Shown here: one piece after another, positions 39,665-52,549 of the stretch | How the letters are laid out: each line of letters begins with the position of its first letter | How positions within the stretch are numbered: position 1 is the first letter of the stretch | Source of the DNA: Octopus vulgaris | Lineage: Eukaryota | DNA length: 64,000 nucleotides | Direction of reading: 5' to 3' | Assembly: GCA_951406725.2 (NCBI GenBank) | Contig: OX597815.1 | Coordinates: 205,964,001 to 206,028,000 of the forward strand | Translations under genes and position numbers: made by a program | Notes under the pieces: model-generated | Database searches by the model: none | What the model saw: only the letters and a program-made list of their open reading frames with translations | What the model was told of the DNA's origin: nothing

Positions 39665-39793
39665 TACTGTGAGAGAGTGGAAGTGTGGAAATTCTAGAGT
39701 TCTCTTTTATCTTCCATTAGCTAACAAGATCTCTATCTCTGCAGAGTGATCAAAACTACTATATGACAGCAGTTTTTGGGCTATGCTGTAGTG

Positions 39794-39890
39794 CAGTGGT
39801 CTCCAACCTTTTTCATACCGTAGACTGGTTTCATGGAAGACTATTTTCCCACAGTCAAGCAGATCAGGCACATAACAAATCACAATAAAG
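39794..39890 (+). mobile_element. hAT/Charlie-like DNA transposon terminus
   Basis: CAGTGGTCTCCAACCTTTTT...GACTGGTTTCATGGAAGACTATTTTCCCAC resembles MER1/Charlie3-type ends (recognition only). Confidence 0.55.
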
Positions 39891-39892
39891 TG

Positions 39893-39923
<31 letters not shown>

Positions 39924-41139
39924 GTTTACCGTCCGTTTTCCCTGCTATCATGGGTTGGACGGTTTGGCCATCTACCCTTGATTATTTTCAGTCATATCAT
40001 TATCTTTGATTACATTATCTTCAGTCATTCCCTTGTTTTAAAGACAGCAGGGTGTTATTTGAAGGAAATCTGATTGCTATTTCTAACAAGTTCAATGACT
40101 ATGTTGAAGCTCCCTAAATGGTTTGTGTTCATTTGGGTATTCTTGTTTAGCTCTAGGTCAACCCTGATGAAACAGACCTATGACCAAAAGCATTCTTGTC
40201 ATGGCAGCCCCCCTCTCATACTCTCCATCAGGAATTATACCGTTCAAAATAGTTATTTTTTTCAGATGGTAAGATGCAATTTAAGAGAAACCTGGTTACT
40301 CTGATCCCTAGATTCAAGATGTTACCAGCTGCAAATAGCCAGGGCTCTATCCCATTGTCATGCTGTCTGCAGGAGCTGCTTCTCTCAGTGGAATTTCTTC
40401 CTTGCTAACTTTTTTTCTCTAATTGAAATCATCAGAAGGAAGATAGCACTCATGATTTTATTACAGGATCTCCTATAATGATGGAAGGAAAAAAACGAAA
40501 TTATCCTCAAACTAGAAACCTGATTCAAGTGTGGGCAAAGAAATGCATTCTGCTAAAGATACCAATGGGCCAAGTGGCAGTGTTCAACCAGGAATTGGAT
40601 TAAATTTTTTGCACTCGGAAAAAAAAAGTTTCTGTTGACCAAATTTAATTCCCAGGGCTTTGTTTAACCTAAGTCTATGACAGAAGACATATTTAAACAT
40701 GGTAGTGCACCATGGGATTGAAGCCAAAACCATGTAGTTGCAAAGCAAACTTCTTAACCATACAGTCATATCTGTGACTACAGGATATTCTGCTTTGGTG
40801 TCATTATTTAAAGAAATTTCATCTGTGGATATAGGAAAATTCACCATGGGGAAATAAATCCATATTTTACAATGAATAAATATTATTTAAGATCAATAAC
40901 GCTTGGTTCATAACAGGTGTTGCTCTTGCATACACTCTACAAGAAACATTGTTTCTAAGACAGAATTTACCTTTATACCGGTACAAAACTAAACTGAATT
41001 CTATCAATTTTTTTCTACGTTCTTTCTAACTACTTAGTGATGCAAATAAAGCAGATATAAGGTAATATCATTTTAAAGAAACCAATAAGCTTGCTAGCAA
41101 CTTCTTAGCTTGATTTGGCAGCTGATTTCCTATATATTA

Positions 41140-41176
41140 CACACACATATATATATACATATATATATATATATAC

Positions 41177-41270
<94 letters not shown>
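41140..41270. repeat. (TA)n microsatellite
   Basis: Direct inspection. Confidence 0.95.
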
Positions 41271-41273
<3 letters not shown>

Positions 41274-42204
41274 GAGTGAGAGGAGAGAAAGAATAGAAAA
41301 TGTTGCAAATTCTGGAAAATTCCATTTCTGATCGAACTTCAAAGGCACAGACAGCAGTAAACATCCACATAACAGGAAATCTATTAGAAGGAAAGTGTAG
41401 AAACGACTTATATTGTTACGATATCCAGTGCCTACGTTTACGCACATTTACATTCATCATTATCATCATTGCTCCCATCCTCTTCTTAATCATTATAACT
41501 GTCACTGCCAATACCATCATCAACACCACTACCACCACCACCACTACCACCACTACCACCACCACCACCACCACCACCACCACCACCATCATCAATACTA
41601 GCTGCTGCAGAAGCTCTGGTCATCACCTGCTCACTGCATGACCCAATGAGAAAGCCTCAAAGCAGTCATTTGATCTGCTAGAAATAACAGCTAAATGTCC
41701 CTCAAATCACACCAAATCATACCACCTTTAAAACGGAAGGACCACATTCTATAATATGAGACTAGATGCACAATAACGAAGTAAAAAAAAAGGCATGATT
41801 ATCATGACAGGAATGCCTTTGATGGTATATCATCTTGATAAAACATCTTGCTAAACAGCAACAACAACAACAACAACAACTATAGTACTGTTGCCTCCTT
41901 CCATGAGATACAAAACCTCTATCCATATATTGATGTAACAGTGTGTAAATTGTGACAAATTAATACTACTTACCTGCATTGCTATTGAAAATAACATAGG
42001 TACAGGGATGGCCATGCAGCTAAGAGTTTGCTTGCTAACCACATTATTTTTGAGCACCATCGTACTCTAATCTCTGAGCAGGTGTCTTCTACTACAGCTT
42101 CAGGCTGACAAACAGTACATGGCACTATATTGGGGGTTCCCAACGGACAGGCTGCAGACCAGTACTGGGCTGTGGATCATTTGGTACAATACCACATGGT
42201 GGTG

Positions 42205-42542
42205 GTGACCCCCTTCGGTCAGACACTGACCATGGGTTTGCACCTAGAGAATTACCCTCTGAGGCACAAGTTGGGCAAAGTTGTTTTATTGGAAGACCAG
42301 CAGTCGCCCATGCATACCGGCCTCCCCTCTCCACGTCACCGATGTTGTCCAAGGGAAAGGCAAGGGTCAATATAGCTTGGCACCTGTAACGTCGCAACTC
42401 ATTTCTACAGCTGAGTGAACTGGAGCAACGTGAAATAAAGTGTCTTGCTCAAGAACACAACACGCAGCCCAGTCCTGGATTCGAGCTCACAACCTCACGA
42501 TCGTAAGCTCGACGCTCTAACCACTGAGCCACGCGCCTTCAC
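42205..42542 (-). mobile_element. tRNA-derived SINE (C-type head + RTE-like tail)
   Basis: gaaggcgcgtggctcagtggttagagcg head, ttcttgagcaagacactt, tail shared with 57000-57190. Confidence 0.85.
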
Positions 42543-42650
42543 TATAGAAAGAATAAATTTTTTTATTTTATTTTTATTCTTTTGACCATTGCACTCTGCA
42601 AGGCATTTTTGCATTATATATGTATTATATGTGTATCATATATGTATTAT

Positions 42651-42870
42651 AAGGCAGTGAGCTGGCAGAAACGTTAGCACACCAGGCAAAATGCTTAGCA
42701 GTATTTCGTCTGTCTTTATATTATGAGTTCAAATTCTGCCGAGGTCAACTTTGACTTTCATCCTTTTGGGGTCAATAAATTAAGTACTAGTTGCATACTG
42801 GGGTTGATCTAATTGACTGACCCCCTTCCCCAAAAATGTCGGGCCTTGTGCCTAGAGTTGAAAAGATTAT
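42651..42870 (+). mobile_element. SINE family B
   Basis: Full head and tail, flanked by repeated attatatatgtattata. Confidence 0.85.
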
Positions 42871-44445
42871 ATATGTATTATATATAAATGGCCTGGTGTT
42901 TAAGGGTGTTACACTCAGACTAGTTACACATTGTGTTCTTGAGCAAAACACTTCATTTCACATTGCCCCAGTCCACTCAGCTGTAAATGGGTAACCTAGT
43001 GATGAACTAGTCTTCTGATCAGGGGAAATGTTGACTTGTTTGCCTAGCCAGCAGTGGGAGCATCATCCAACAGCTAAAACAATTTAAAGTGCATTGTGAC
43101 CAGCAATGTATAACAACATCTGATAGTCTGATTGATATCGTGATATGTAATAATTAAATAACATATTATGCACGTAAAAAGCACCAACCGATCGTGACTG
43201 TTTGCTAGCCTCCTCTGGCCCCTGTGCCGGTGGCACATAAAAAGCACCCACTACACTGACGGAGTGGTTGGTGTTAGGAAGGGCATCCAGCTGTAGAAAC
43301 ACTGCCAGATTAGACTGGAGCCTGGTGCAGCCTCTTGGCTTCCCAGATTGAACAACTGTGTTGAAGCTCCCTAAGTGGCTTGCGTTCATTTGGGTATTCT
43401 TATTTAGCCCCAGGTCAGCCCTGATCAAACAGACCTATGACCAAAAACATTCTTGTCATGACAGCCCCATCTCATACTCTCCATCAAGAACTATACTGTT
43501 CAAAATAGTTCTTCCTTTTTTTTGTCAGATGGTAAGTTGCAATTTAAGAGGAACTTGGTCACTCTGATAGATAGATAAATGCAAGATGTTACCAACTGCA
43601 AATAGCCTGGGCTCTATTCCATTGTCATGCTGTCTACAGGAGCCATGATTTACATCTCATCATTCAACTGACCTCCTATGTTCATTGGTTAGAATGACTG
43701 AGGCTGACTGAGAACCATACAGCAAGGCTGACAACCCAGTGACCATCATGACTAGACTACAATATATTTGTTTACAGTTTGTGATAAATGAAAATAGGAG
43801 AAACCTGGCAAAATCTAAGTGAAAGCCCCAGGACCACCAATGCCTTATGAGTAAAAATTGGTTGATGGAAGCTTGTTATTATGTGTGTGTGCGTGTGTGC
43901 GTATATATGCATGTATGTATCTGTGCGTGTGTGTATTTGTGCCTGTGTTTGTCCCCACTTGAAAGCCAGTGTTGGTTTGTCTACATTCCCATAACTTAGT
44001 AGTTTGGCAAAAGAGACCAATAGAATAAGTACCAGACTTAAAACAAAAAAATAGGTACTGGGGTTGATTTGTTTGACTAAAACCATTCAAAGCAGTGCTC
44101 CAGCATGGCCACAGTTCAGTGATTGAAACAAGTAAAAGGATAAAAGATAAACACATTCTAAGAAATATCGATAAGGAATCGGCATTTCATGGCAGCAGTT
44201 TGAAAATATTGGTTTCATTTGTTCATGCTGTGTACAACATCTTGTCTAATATTCCCAACAACTCAGGACGACCTTATTCTAACACCTGAATATTAATAGA
44301 ACTTATTTCATTGATCCAGGAAAAGTAAATTTCAAGAATCTATTTCTTCCACTTTGATGTTTCAGTTATGTTCGTCTATTATCTGAGATACCTGAGATGG
44401 ATATCCAAGTTGATAGACAATTAGCAAACTATTACTTGATGGGTT

Positions 44446-44750
44446 GGAAGCACATGACCTAGTGGTTAGAGCAACAGACTTGTGGTTGAGGGATCGCGGG
44501 TTCGAATCTCAGACCGGGTGATGTGTGTGTTTATGAGAGAAACACCTAAGCTCCACGCGGCTCCGGCAGACGGAAATGGTGAACTTCTGCTGACTCTTTT
44601 GCCACAACTTTCTCTCACTCTTTCCTCCTGCATCTTGCAGCTCACCTGCGACGGACCGGTGTCCCGTCCAGGTGGGAAACCTATATGCCAAGGAAACCGG
44701 GAAACCGGCCCTTATGAACCAGGCATGGATCAAGAAGGAACAAACAACAA
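44446..44750 (+). mobile_element. tRNA-derived SINE (type-1 head + C-like tail)
   Basis: tgacctagtggttagagc, ggttcgaatctc, aacacctaagctccacg, gcgacggaccggtgtcccgtccagg. Confidence 0.8.
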
Positions 44751-44974
44751 CTTGACGGGTTAGTAGTTGGCACTGTGTTGTGGTTATGACCAACACTACT
44801 TATCTCTCAAATAGCTCAGTACACATATCTATAAATAGGTACCACATTACTCCCACATCAGGGATAGTGCTGCTGTTGTTGTTGTTAAGCAACAAAACGA
44901 GTAAGGGTGATTAGGTGATGGTCTAGGGCTTACAGGTGGGAGACCCCAGACCTTGGAAAAGGAAAAAAAAAAAA

Positions 44975-45520
44975 AACTTTGGTCGTCTTGTTGTAGTCAA
45001 GGGTTCTTCGTTGATGCCCAACACCACTGGGAGGTGACCCTCGAAGTCACTGGAAATGGAGATCTCCAGGTCCAAATTCTTGAACGGCTGCTGCTGCTGT
45101 TGTTGCTTTGTTTATGTTTGTTTGTTGAGTGAAGCGGTCTTCGTCCCAGAGCTCGCAAGATCGCGCCTCAGGATTGTTTGTAGTGGGGGAAGTCCGAAAC
45201 GTGGTCCTTTGCTATTCGTAAGACCCACAGAAGAGAAAGCAGGTCAACCCCCGACACCGAGAGCATCGACGGATGGATGAATGTGCATCCAGGCTCAGCG
45301 GTTGTGTAGGATGTTGGGGGACAAGAAACAGGAAGAAAGAGTGAGAGAATATTGGGGCGAAAGAGTACAACAGGGATCGCCACCACCCCCTGCCGGAGCC
45401 TCGTGGAGCTTTAGGTGTTTTCGCCCAATAAACACGCACAACGCCCGGTCTGGGAATCGAAACCACAATCCTCCGACAGCGAGTCCGCTGCCCTAACCAC
45501 TGAGCCATTGTGCCTCCACT
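44975..45520 (-). mobile_element. Type-1 tRNA-derived head fused to a ~330-bp GC-richer body
   Basis: 45310-45520 matches 185-380. The downstream sequence is unrelated to the other tails. Confidence 0.7.
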
Positions 45521-45694
45521 GCTGCTGCTGTTGCTGCTTTACACCAACATCATAAACCACAACCAGAGAAAGTCCACCTTGCTGATTGGCATAAAGTCAC
45601 TCACAGGCATAACTCCAATTCCCTCCCACAGGCATCTTGCCAAACTGTCTCCTCTCTCTGCCTTTTCTACCTCTACTATAAAAGCTTTCTCTTT

Positions 45695-46095
45695 CTCTCT
45701 TTTACTTGTTTCAGTCATTTGACTGTGGCCATGCTGGAGCACCACCTTTTTAGTTGAGCAAATCGACCCCGGGACTTATTCTTTGTAAGCCCAGTACTTA
45801 TTCTATCGGTCCCTTTTGCCGAACCGCTAAGTGACGGGGACGTAAACACACCAGCATCGGTTGTCAAGCAATGCTAGGGGGACAAACACAGACACACAAA
45901 CATACACGCACACATATATATATACATATATACGACAGGCTTCTTTCAGTTTCCGTCTACCAAATCCACTCACAAGGCATTGGTCGGCCCGGGGCTATAG
46001 CAGAAGACACTTGCCCAAGATGCCATGCAGTGGGATTGAACCCGGAACCATGTGGTTGGTTAGCAAGCTACTTACCACACAGCCACTCCTGCGCT
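45695..46095 (-). mobile_element. SINE family A
   Basis: Full-length copy. Confidence 0.9.
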
Positions 46096-46604
46096 TCTGG
46101 ATCTTCTACCACCTTCATTTAAGTATTTCTGACTCATTTGGTTTTTCCTTTCAACATTGTACTTATTGTGTCCAACCAACCTTTCCAGGTCTCACACTAA
46201 GCACTGTTCCATCATATTTTTCGGAATGTTGGCTTTCTGGTACTCCTCCACCTCTCTGTCTTTCCTGCAGATGTTGACTTGCAACTCTTTAAGAAAGTCA
46301 TTAAAGGCATTAATCTCTTCCGTCCTGTGGATGTGGCTGTGTGGTAAGATGTTTGCCTCCCAACCACGTGGTTCTGGGTTCAGTTCCATTGTGTGATACC
46401 TTGAGTAAATGTCTTCTACTATAGTCTTGGGCTAACCAAAGCTTTGTGAGCAGTTGTAGTAGATGGAAACTGAAAGAAGCCCACCATGCATGTGTGTGTA
46501 TACATGTGTGTGTGTGTATATGTGTATGAACACACATATATATATGTATCAGTTGAATAAAGTTAAAACCTGTTCTGGTTTTCACATTTTTTATGATATT
46601 TTAT

Positions 46605-46810
46605 GGAGATGTACTTGCATAGCAAGTGACCTGATCTGAGATCGTGTGCTGGAATGAAAACAATTGCAACGTGGAAGGTGTTTGTAAGCCATTTAAGAAA
46701 CACACAAAAGCCATTCGATTCACTTCAACATTTAAGTTTAATTTGTCAAAATATTTTCGTCGCTTTTCAGACCGCGACCTGTTCACTGACAAAATCCGTG
46801 CTGCATCTGT
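46605..46810 (+). repeat. Unclassified interspersed repeat (diverged copy at ~12296-12480)
   Basis: gagatgtacttgc..agcaagtga..tgatctgaga shared by both loci. Confidence 0.65.
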
Positions 46811-47032
46811 GCTCAAACACCTTCCACGCTATGATATTTTAACATTAAAAACATATTTTGTAATGCTCATAAAGTTAAATTAGCACTTTCATACATAGTG
46901 TAATCATCAAATTTCAAATGTGTATAATTGACAGTTGAGTTCTTGACAATTTTAGTACCTCTTAGAATGCATGTTTAAGATGCATGTTGATTGGTCAAAA
47001 AGGTATACTAAAAATTCACACAAATTCAAAGC

Positions 47033-47067
<35 letters not shown>

Positions 47068-47488
47068 GCGCACACACATACACACACGTGTATGTGTGTT
47101 TGTGAGTGTAGCTGTCATAGAAGCAGTGTTAGTCATTTCTAGTATTCTATGAAAACATTTCTGGCCAAATGGAAATATCACTTTGCTTGAAACCACTTGG
47201 AAATAGGTGAGGGTTGGCAACAAACAGCACACCTGGCTGTCAAAAATCTGCCTCAATCAACTCCATCTGACCCATGTATACATGGAAAGATGAACATCAA
47301 AACGATGATGAGTTCCAGAGTGCCTCTGATGTCACAAGTGCTGCTTCTTCCTCCAGGCTCAGCAAATAAAGGAAAAAAGTAAGAACAACTCATTGCTGTT
47401 GGCAGTGGCAACACTATCAAACTGATGAGCGGTTTATTACTTTGAACTTTGAGTTCACTCTCTCCTGTAGATCTAGCTATGTCTCTAA

Positions 47489-48272
47489 TCTCTCTATATA
47501 TAAAGCTGAAGTTGTCTGTGTGTGACAGGTTTGGTAGCCTTCAACTAACACTATCTCCTCCGAGACCTTGCGGTGCAAGTTGACCAAAATTGAGAGTATG
47601 ATAGAAGAAGGCTTGCTCTTCCTTCCGTAAAAGAAAAAATTCAAATCAGACCATGTTAAGACCAAAAATTATTTACATCAAAAAGGTGCTTTTTTTCTAT
47701 GAAAATCCCTATTTTTTACGATTATTTTACTGCTGTGTCGCCATTTTTCGGTGTATTTCAACCAGAAAAATGTTCACTTAAAGAGAATAACAAGTTACAT
47801 AATGTAAAATTTTTACTTTTCAAAAATTCCAATTCTAAAGGGTCGAAACAAACCTGAGCAATGCCGGGCAATACTGCCAGTATATATATATATAAAGCTG
47901 AAGTTGTCTGTGTATGGCAGGTTTGGTAGCCTTCAACTAACACTATCTCCTCTGAGACCCTGCAGCGCAAGTTGACCAAAATTGAGAGTATGATAGAAGA
48001 AGGCTTGCTCTTCCTTCCGCAGAAGAAAAATTTCAAATCAAACCATGTTAACACCAAAAATTATTTACATAAAAAAGGTACTTTTTTTCTATGAAAATCC
48101 CTATTTTTTACGATTTATTTACTGCTGTGTCACCATTTTTTGGTGTATTTCAATCAGAAAAATGTTCACTTAAAGAGAATAACAAGCTACATAATGCAAA
48201 ATTTTTACTTTTCAAAAATTCCAATTCTAATGGGTCAAAACAAACCTGAGCAATGCCGGGCGATACTGCTAG
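47489..48272 (+). mobile_element. Head-to-tail dimer of a ~390-bp non-autonomous Helitron
   Basis: A|TC 5' end, units 47489-47880 and 47881-48272, 3' hairpin cctgagcaatgccgggc and CTAG|T (CCAG in unit 1). Confidence 0.88.
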
Positions 48273-48699
48273 TACTGAATAAGGATGAGACTCTGCTCAT
48301 TCTATTATCCGGTTCCAGAGAAGATGTCTTACAGATTTTGTAAGGATAAATTGGAAAAGAAATGAGAACAAATCACTCTGGAAAATTTACATCTGTGTGT
48401 ACAGATATCAACTCATGCGTACGTACATTTATACACGCAATAATACCCAGATATATAAGTATACATGCAAATATACATAGATACTCATGTACTTTGTTTA
48501 CATATACGCATGCAGGTGAAAGGCGGATGTTAAGCGATATATATGTTCATTCATACATATAAACATACATGTGTATGTTGTGTATACATACTTTCTTTTA
48601 TAATATATGTATCAGAATACATGTGTGTATACTTATATACACACAGCAATACATGTATACATATGTGCATTCATACATACATATGCATACACAGGCATG

Positions 48700-48712
48700 C
48701 GACATATATATG

Positions 48713-48799
<87 letters not shown>

Positions 48800-48920
48800 C
48801 ATATATATATATACATATATATATATATACATATATATATACATATATATATACATATATATATACATATATATATACATATATATATACATATATATAT
48901 ATATATACATATATATATAC

Positions 48921-48990
<70 letters not shown>
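48700..48990. repeat. (TA)n/(TATATATACA)n microsatellite
   Basis: Direct inspection. Confidence 0.95.
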
Positions 48991-48993
<3 letters not shown>

Positions 48994-49334
48994 GATATAC
49001 ATGTTTACATATATACAGGTATGCAATACATACATTCATACATACCTAGTTTTATAGTTACGACAACAGGGGTAAATTGTAATATGGGCATAAAACCAAA
49101 AGCTAATAATTCTATGTAAGATGTGAATGAAACTAGAATTGCTCTGCCAACAGGCGCTGTGGCTGATAACTTTGTAACTGTACGTGTTCTGTTAGAACCA
49201 AGTGAAGCATAACATAAATATTATGAATAGTCAGATTAATAAAACATTACTGTAAAAAAGCAATATTGTTTGGCCAATATCAGTCATATAATTATATAAT
49301 GTTGCATTATATAGAAACACAGAAACAGTTTTCA

Positions 49335-49366
<32 letters not shown>

Positions 49367-50889
49367 GTATATATGTGTGTGTATGTTGTGTATTTATCTC
49401 TTTTACTTTTTTTTCTCTCCTCTTCTACCCCCCTCTTCCCTCTAATTCCACTTCTGTGTAAATGTGTTCTTGCGTAGTAAATGCATCCAGTCATAAAGGA
49501 ACAAGGACAAATAGTAAAAATATAATGAGAATCAAGTGAAAATTAACCCCTTTATTTTCTGAAATGACTACAGCAATACCTCCCTGAATGATCTCCCTCA
49601 TAACGATGCCCTGCTTTTGTTATATTTACTTTTTAAATTATAAAAATATAAACCTAATGGATAATTATACAAAATAAATATTAGGCTTGCTTTCAATCAT
49701 TGCTTTCGAAGTTTAATTACCGCAATGTATAGGTGCAACTGTGACCTTGTGGAAAAGAAAGTTGCTTTCCAGCCACATGGTTCTGATTTCGGTCCTACCA
49801 CATGGCACTTTGGACAGGTGTCTTCTATTACATACAGCTATGGGCTGACCAATGCCTTGCGAGTGGATTTGGTTGACAGAAACTGAAATATGTTTGTCAC
49901 GTGTGTGTGTGTGGTACTCTCTTCTTGCCTTGACATCGTTTGACAGCTGTAAATGAGTGTCACTGTTATGCAAGTGGGGTCCTTTATGGTAGTGTAATCA
50001 AACCAACACCAGTTTTCAAGCGGTGGTGGGGAACAAACACAAACACAAAGACACCCCCACACACACACACACATTCACACACGCTCACACACACATACAC
50101 ACATGCATGCACACACACACACAAACACACACATGAAAGGCTTCTTTTAGTTTTTGTCTACCAAATCCATTTCACAAGCCTTTGGTTGGCCCAGAGCTGT
50201 AGCAGAAGGCACTAGCAGTGGGACTGAACTTGAAACCTTCACTCTCTCAGTCGTATCTGCCAGCTGATAGCATTTATTGCAGATATATTATATTACTACT
50301 TTTTAGTTTTAAGCAATAAGCATGTATTTAAACAAATGATTTAATCTCTATTTCTCATTGGCTTATTCTAACCATTCCTAGCAGGTTTCTGTTTGCAACC
50401 AAGATGTGGTTGGCTGGCAGTGTTTGGCTTAAATTATAGAAATTTAACAATTTGTTGCATAAAGACAAAGGTAAAAATACTTAATGCTAAAAGTCAAATT
50501 AATACCGAACACAATTGAAACAACAATTCTCTTTAATCTGTTGGTGAGACTTGTTTACTCTGTCCAGCTTGGCATTGTTCCAGATGGGCAAAATACAAAC
50601 TAAAGTAAATAGTCTATTCAAATTTCCTTGGTATTTATTTGTGTTTTTGTCTTATTTTTTTTCTTTATAAGGATATTTTAAAATAGAATTGAGTTTTCTT
50701 TTTATTGCCAAATGCACTTGTCATTGCCAAATATTTCATTGCATAGAATACAATATAATAATAGAAAAAAAGAGCTAAAACTAAAATAAATGATTAAAAT
50801 TTCCCCTCGAGGTTTCAGCTATTAACATTTTGTTACATACTACTCGACAACTTTTATGGCCGATAGGCAGCAAAGCTTATAAATGCTGA

Positions 50890-51095
50890 CTTTATAATAA
50901 CATGTCCTTCCTGCATATTAGAAGAATGTTTTAAATGTAAATTTTTTCCAATACCAATCACATTTCCTGCAAATTCTAGACCTAACACCCTCCAGTAACC
51001 TTTCAAATTGAACTGCAGTCTTCCCATAGCCAAAAGTGCATTGTAGCTGCTGGCTTTCTTCTTCAAGAGCAGAAAGCACTCGAATCTTTAACACC
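50890..51095 (-). pseudogene. Isolated enoyl-reductase / MDR-family (type I PKS or FAS-like) coding fragment
   Basis: NALLAMGRLQFNLKGYWRVLGLEFAGNVIGIGKNL (50938-51042) matches the ER pattern DvllamG.l...LGlEfaG.V..vG..v. KIRVLSA lies upstream in a shifted frame. No rest of gene seen. Confidence 0.55.
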
Positions 51096-51140
51096 TGCTA
51101 ACCCTTTGCACAAATCAAATATGTTATTTGGTATACATTG

Positions 51141-51193
51141 ATTGATAGATAGATAGATAGATAGGTAGATACATAGATAGATAGGTAGATAGT

Positions 51194-51247
<54 letters not shown>

Positions 51248-51253
51248 GATTAA

Positions 51254-51288
<35 letters not shown>

Positions 51289-51310
51289 CATACATACATA
51301 CATACATACA
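51141..51310. repeat. (GATA)n/(CATA)n microsatellite
   Basis: Direct inspection. Confidence 0.95.
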
Positions 51311-51561
51311 TTCATATTTATATATATATATATCTGTGTGTATGTGTATTGATTTTTTTTATCTGAAACCTCTTCATCTTCAGCAGCAGCGATATTATGC
51401 AATAAGATGTGTATAAGTGAGGTGTGTGTGTGTGGGGGGTGCATGTATGTCGGGTGTGTAAGTGTGTATGTATTCAGAAATTGTAAAAGTGGAAGAGTAT
51501 GCTCTTCCACCTTTACAATTTCTGAATAAATAGTGCAGTGGGTAGGAGAAATGTAGCAGGA

Positions 51562-51597
<36 letters not shown>

Positions 51598-51685
51598 TAG
51601 TTATATTATTGTATAGAATAGGGAGTGAAAAATAAAGAAAAAAACAAAACTACAAATAAAGATAGGTAGATAGTTAAAGATGCAC

Positions 51686-51770
<85 letters not shown>

Positions 51771-52145
51771 GGGAGAGAGAGAGAAGCTATTGGTAAGAAA
51801 GAAAAATCAGTTGCTGCTAGAGAGAGAGAATGATATACCACATGACTCCCAGAAAGAAGAAGAACAAAAACAGCCCTGATAAAATCAGAATGAGAGGGGA
51901 TGAAACTAAACAGTATCAGTTGCTGTGTTGTTGCTTAGCCCCAGGTCAGCCTGATTGAGCAGAATTAGGGTAAAGAGCACTCTAGTTGCGACCATTCTCT
52001 CTTTTTGTATATCAGTGACAAGATTGGCCATTGTATTTTTATTTATCTAAGATAGTAAAATGTGATATTAGAAAGAGGAGAAATGGCTGTTATTTCTAGC
52101 AAGTCCAGTGACATGTAGAGCCTCCATAACATACAGTAAGTTATT

Positions 52146-52549
52146 TACTCTTTTACTTGTTTCAGTCACTTGACTGCGACCATGCTGGAGCACCGCCTTT
52201 AGTCGAGCAACACCCGACCCCGGGACTTATTCTTTGTAAGCCCAGTACTTATTCTATCAGTCTCTTTTGCCGAACAGCTAATTGACAGGGACGTAAACAC
52301 ACCAGCATCGGTTGTCAAGCAATGCTAGGGGCACAAACACAGACACACAAACACACACGCACACACACATATATATACATATATACGACGGGCTTCTTTC
52401 AGTTTCCGTCTACCAAATCCACTCACAAGGCTTTGGTTGGCCGGAGGCTATATTAGAAGACACTTGCCCAAGGTGCCACGCAGTGGGACTGAACCTGCAA
52501 CCATGTGGTTGGTAAGCAAGCTACTTACCACACATCCACTCCTGCGCCT
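52146..52549 (-). mobile_element. SINE family A
   Basis: Full-length copy. Confidence 0.9.

Noticed and set aside
39794-42190. Single large hAT element bounded by Charlie-like ends at 39794 and ~42130
   Set aside because: Both ends read inward on the same strand, so they are not an inverted pair, and no 8-bp TSD was seen.
45195-45265. HDV-like ribozyme on the minus strand (TGCT...CGAAT-AGCA)
   Set aside because: P1, P3 and P4 could not be formed convincingly.
47415-47460. CTGATGA at 47422 as a hammerhead core
   Set aside because: No stem II or downstream GAAA.
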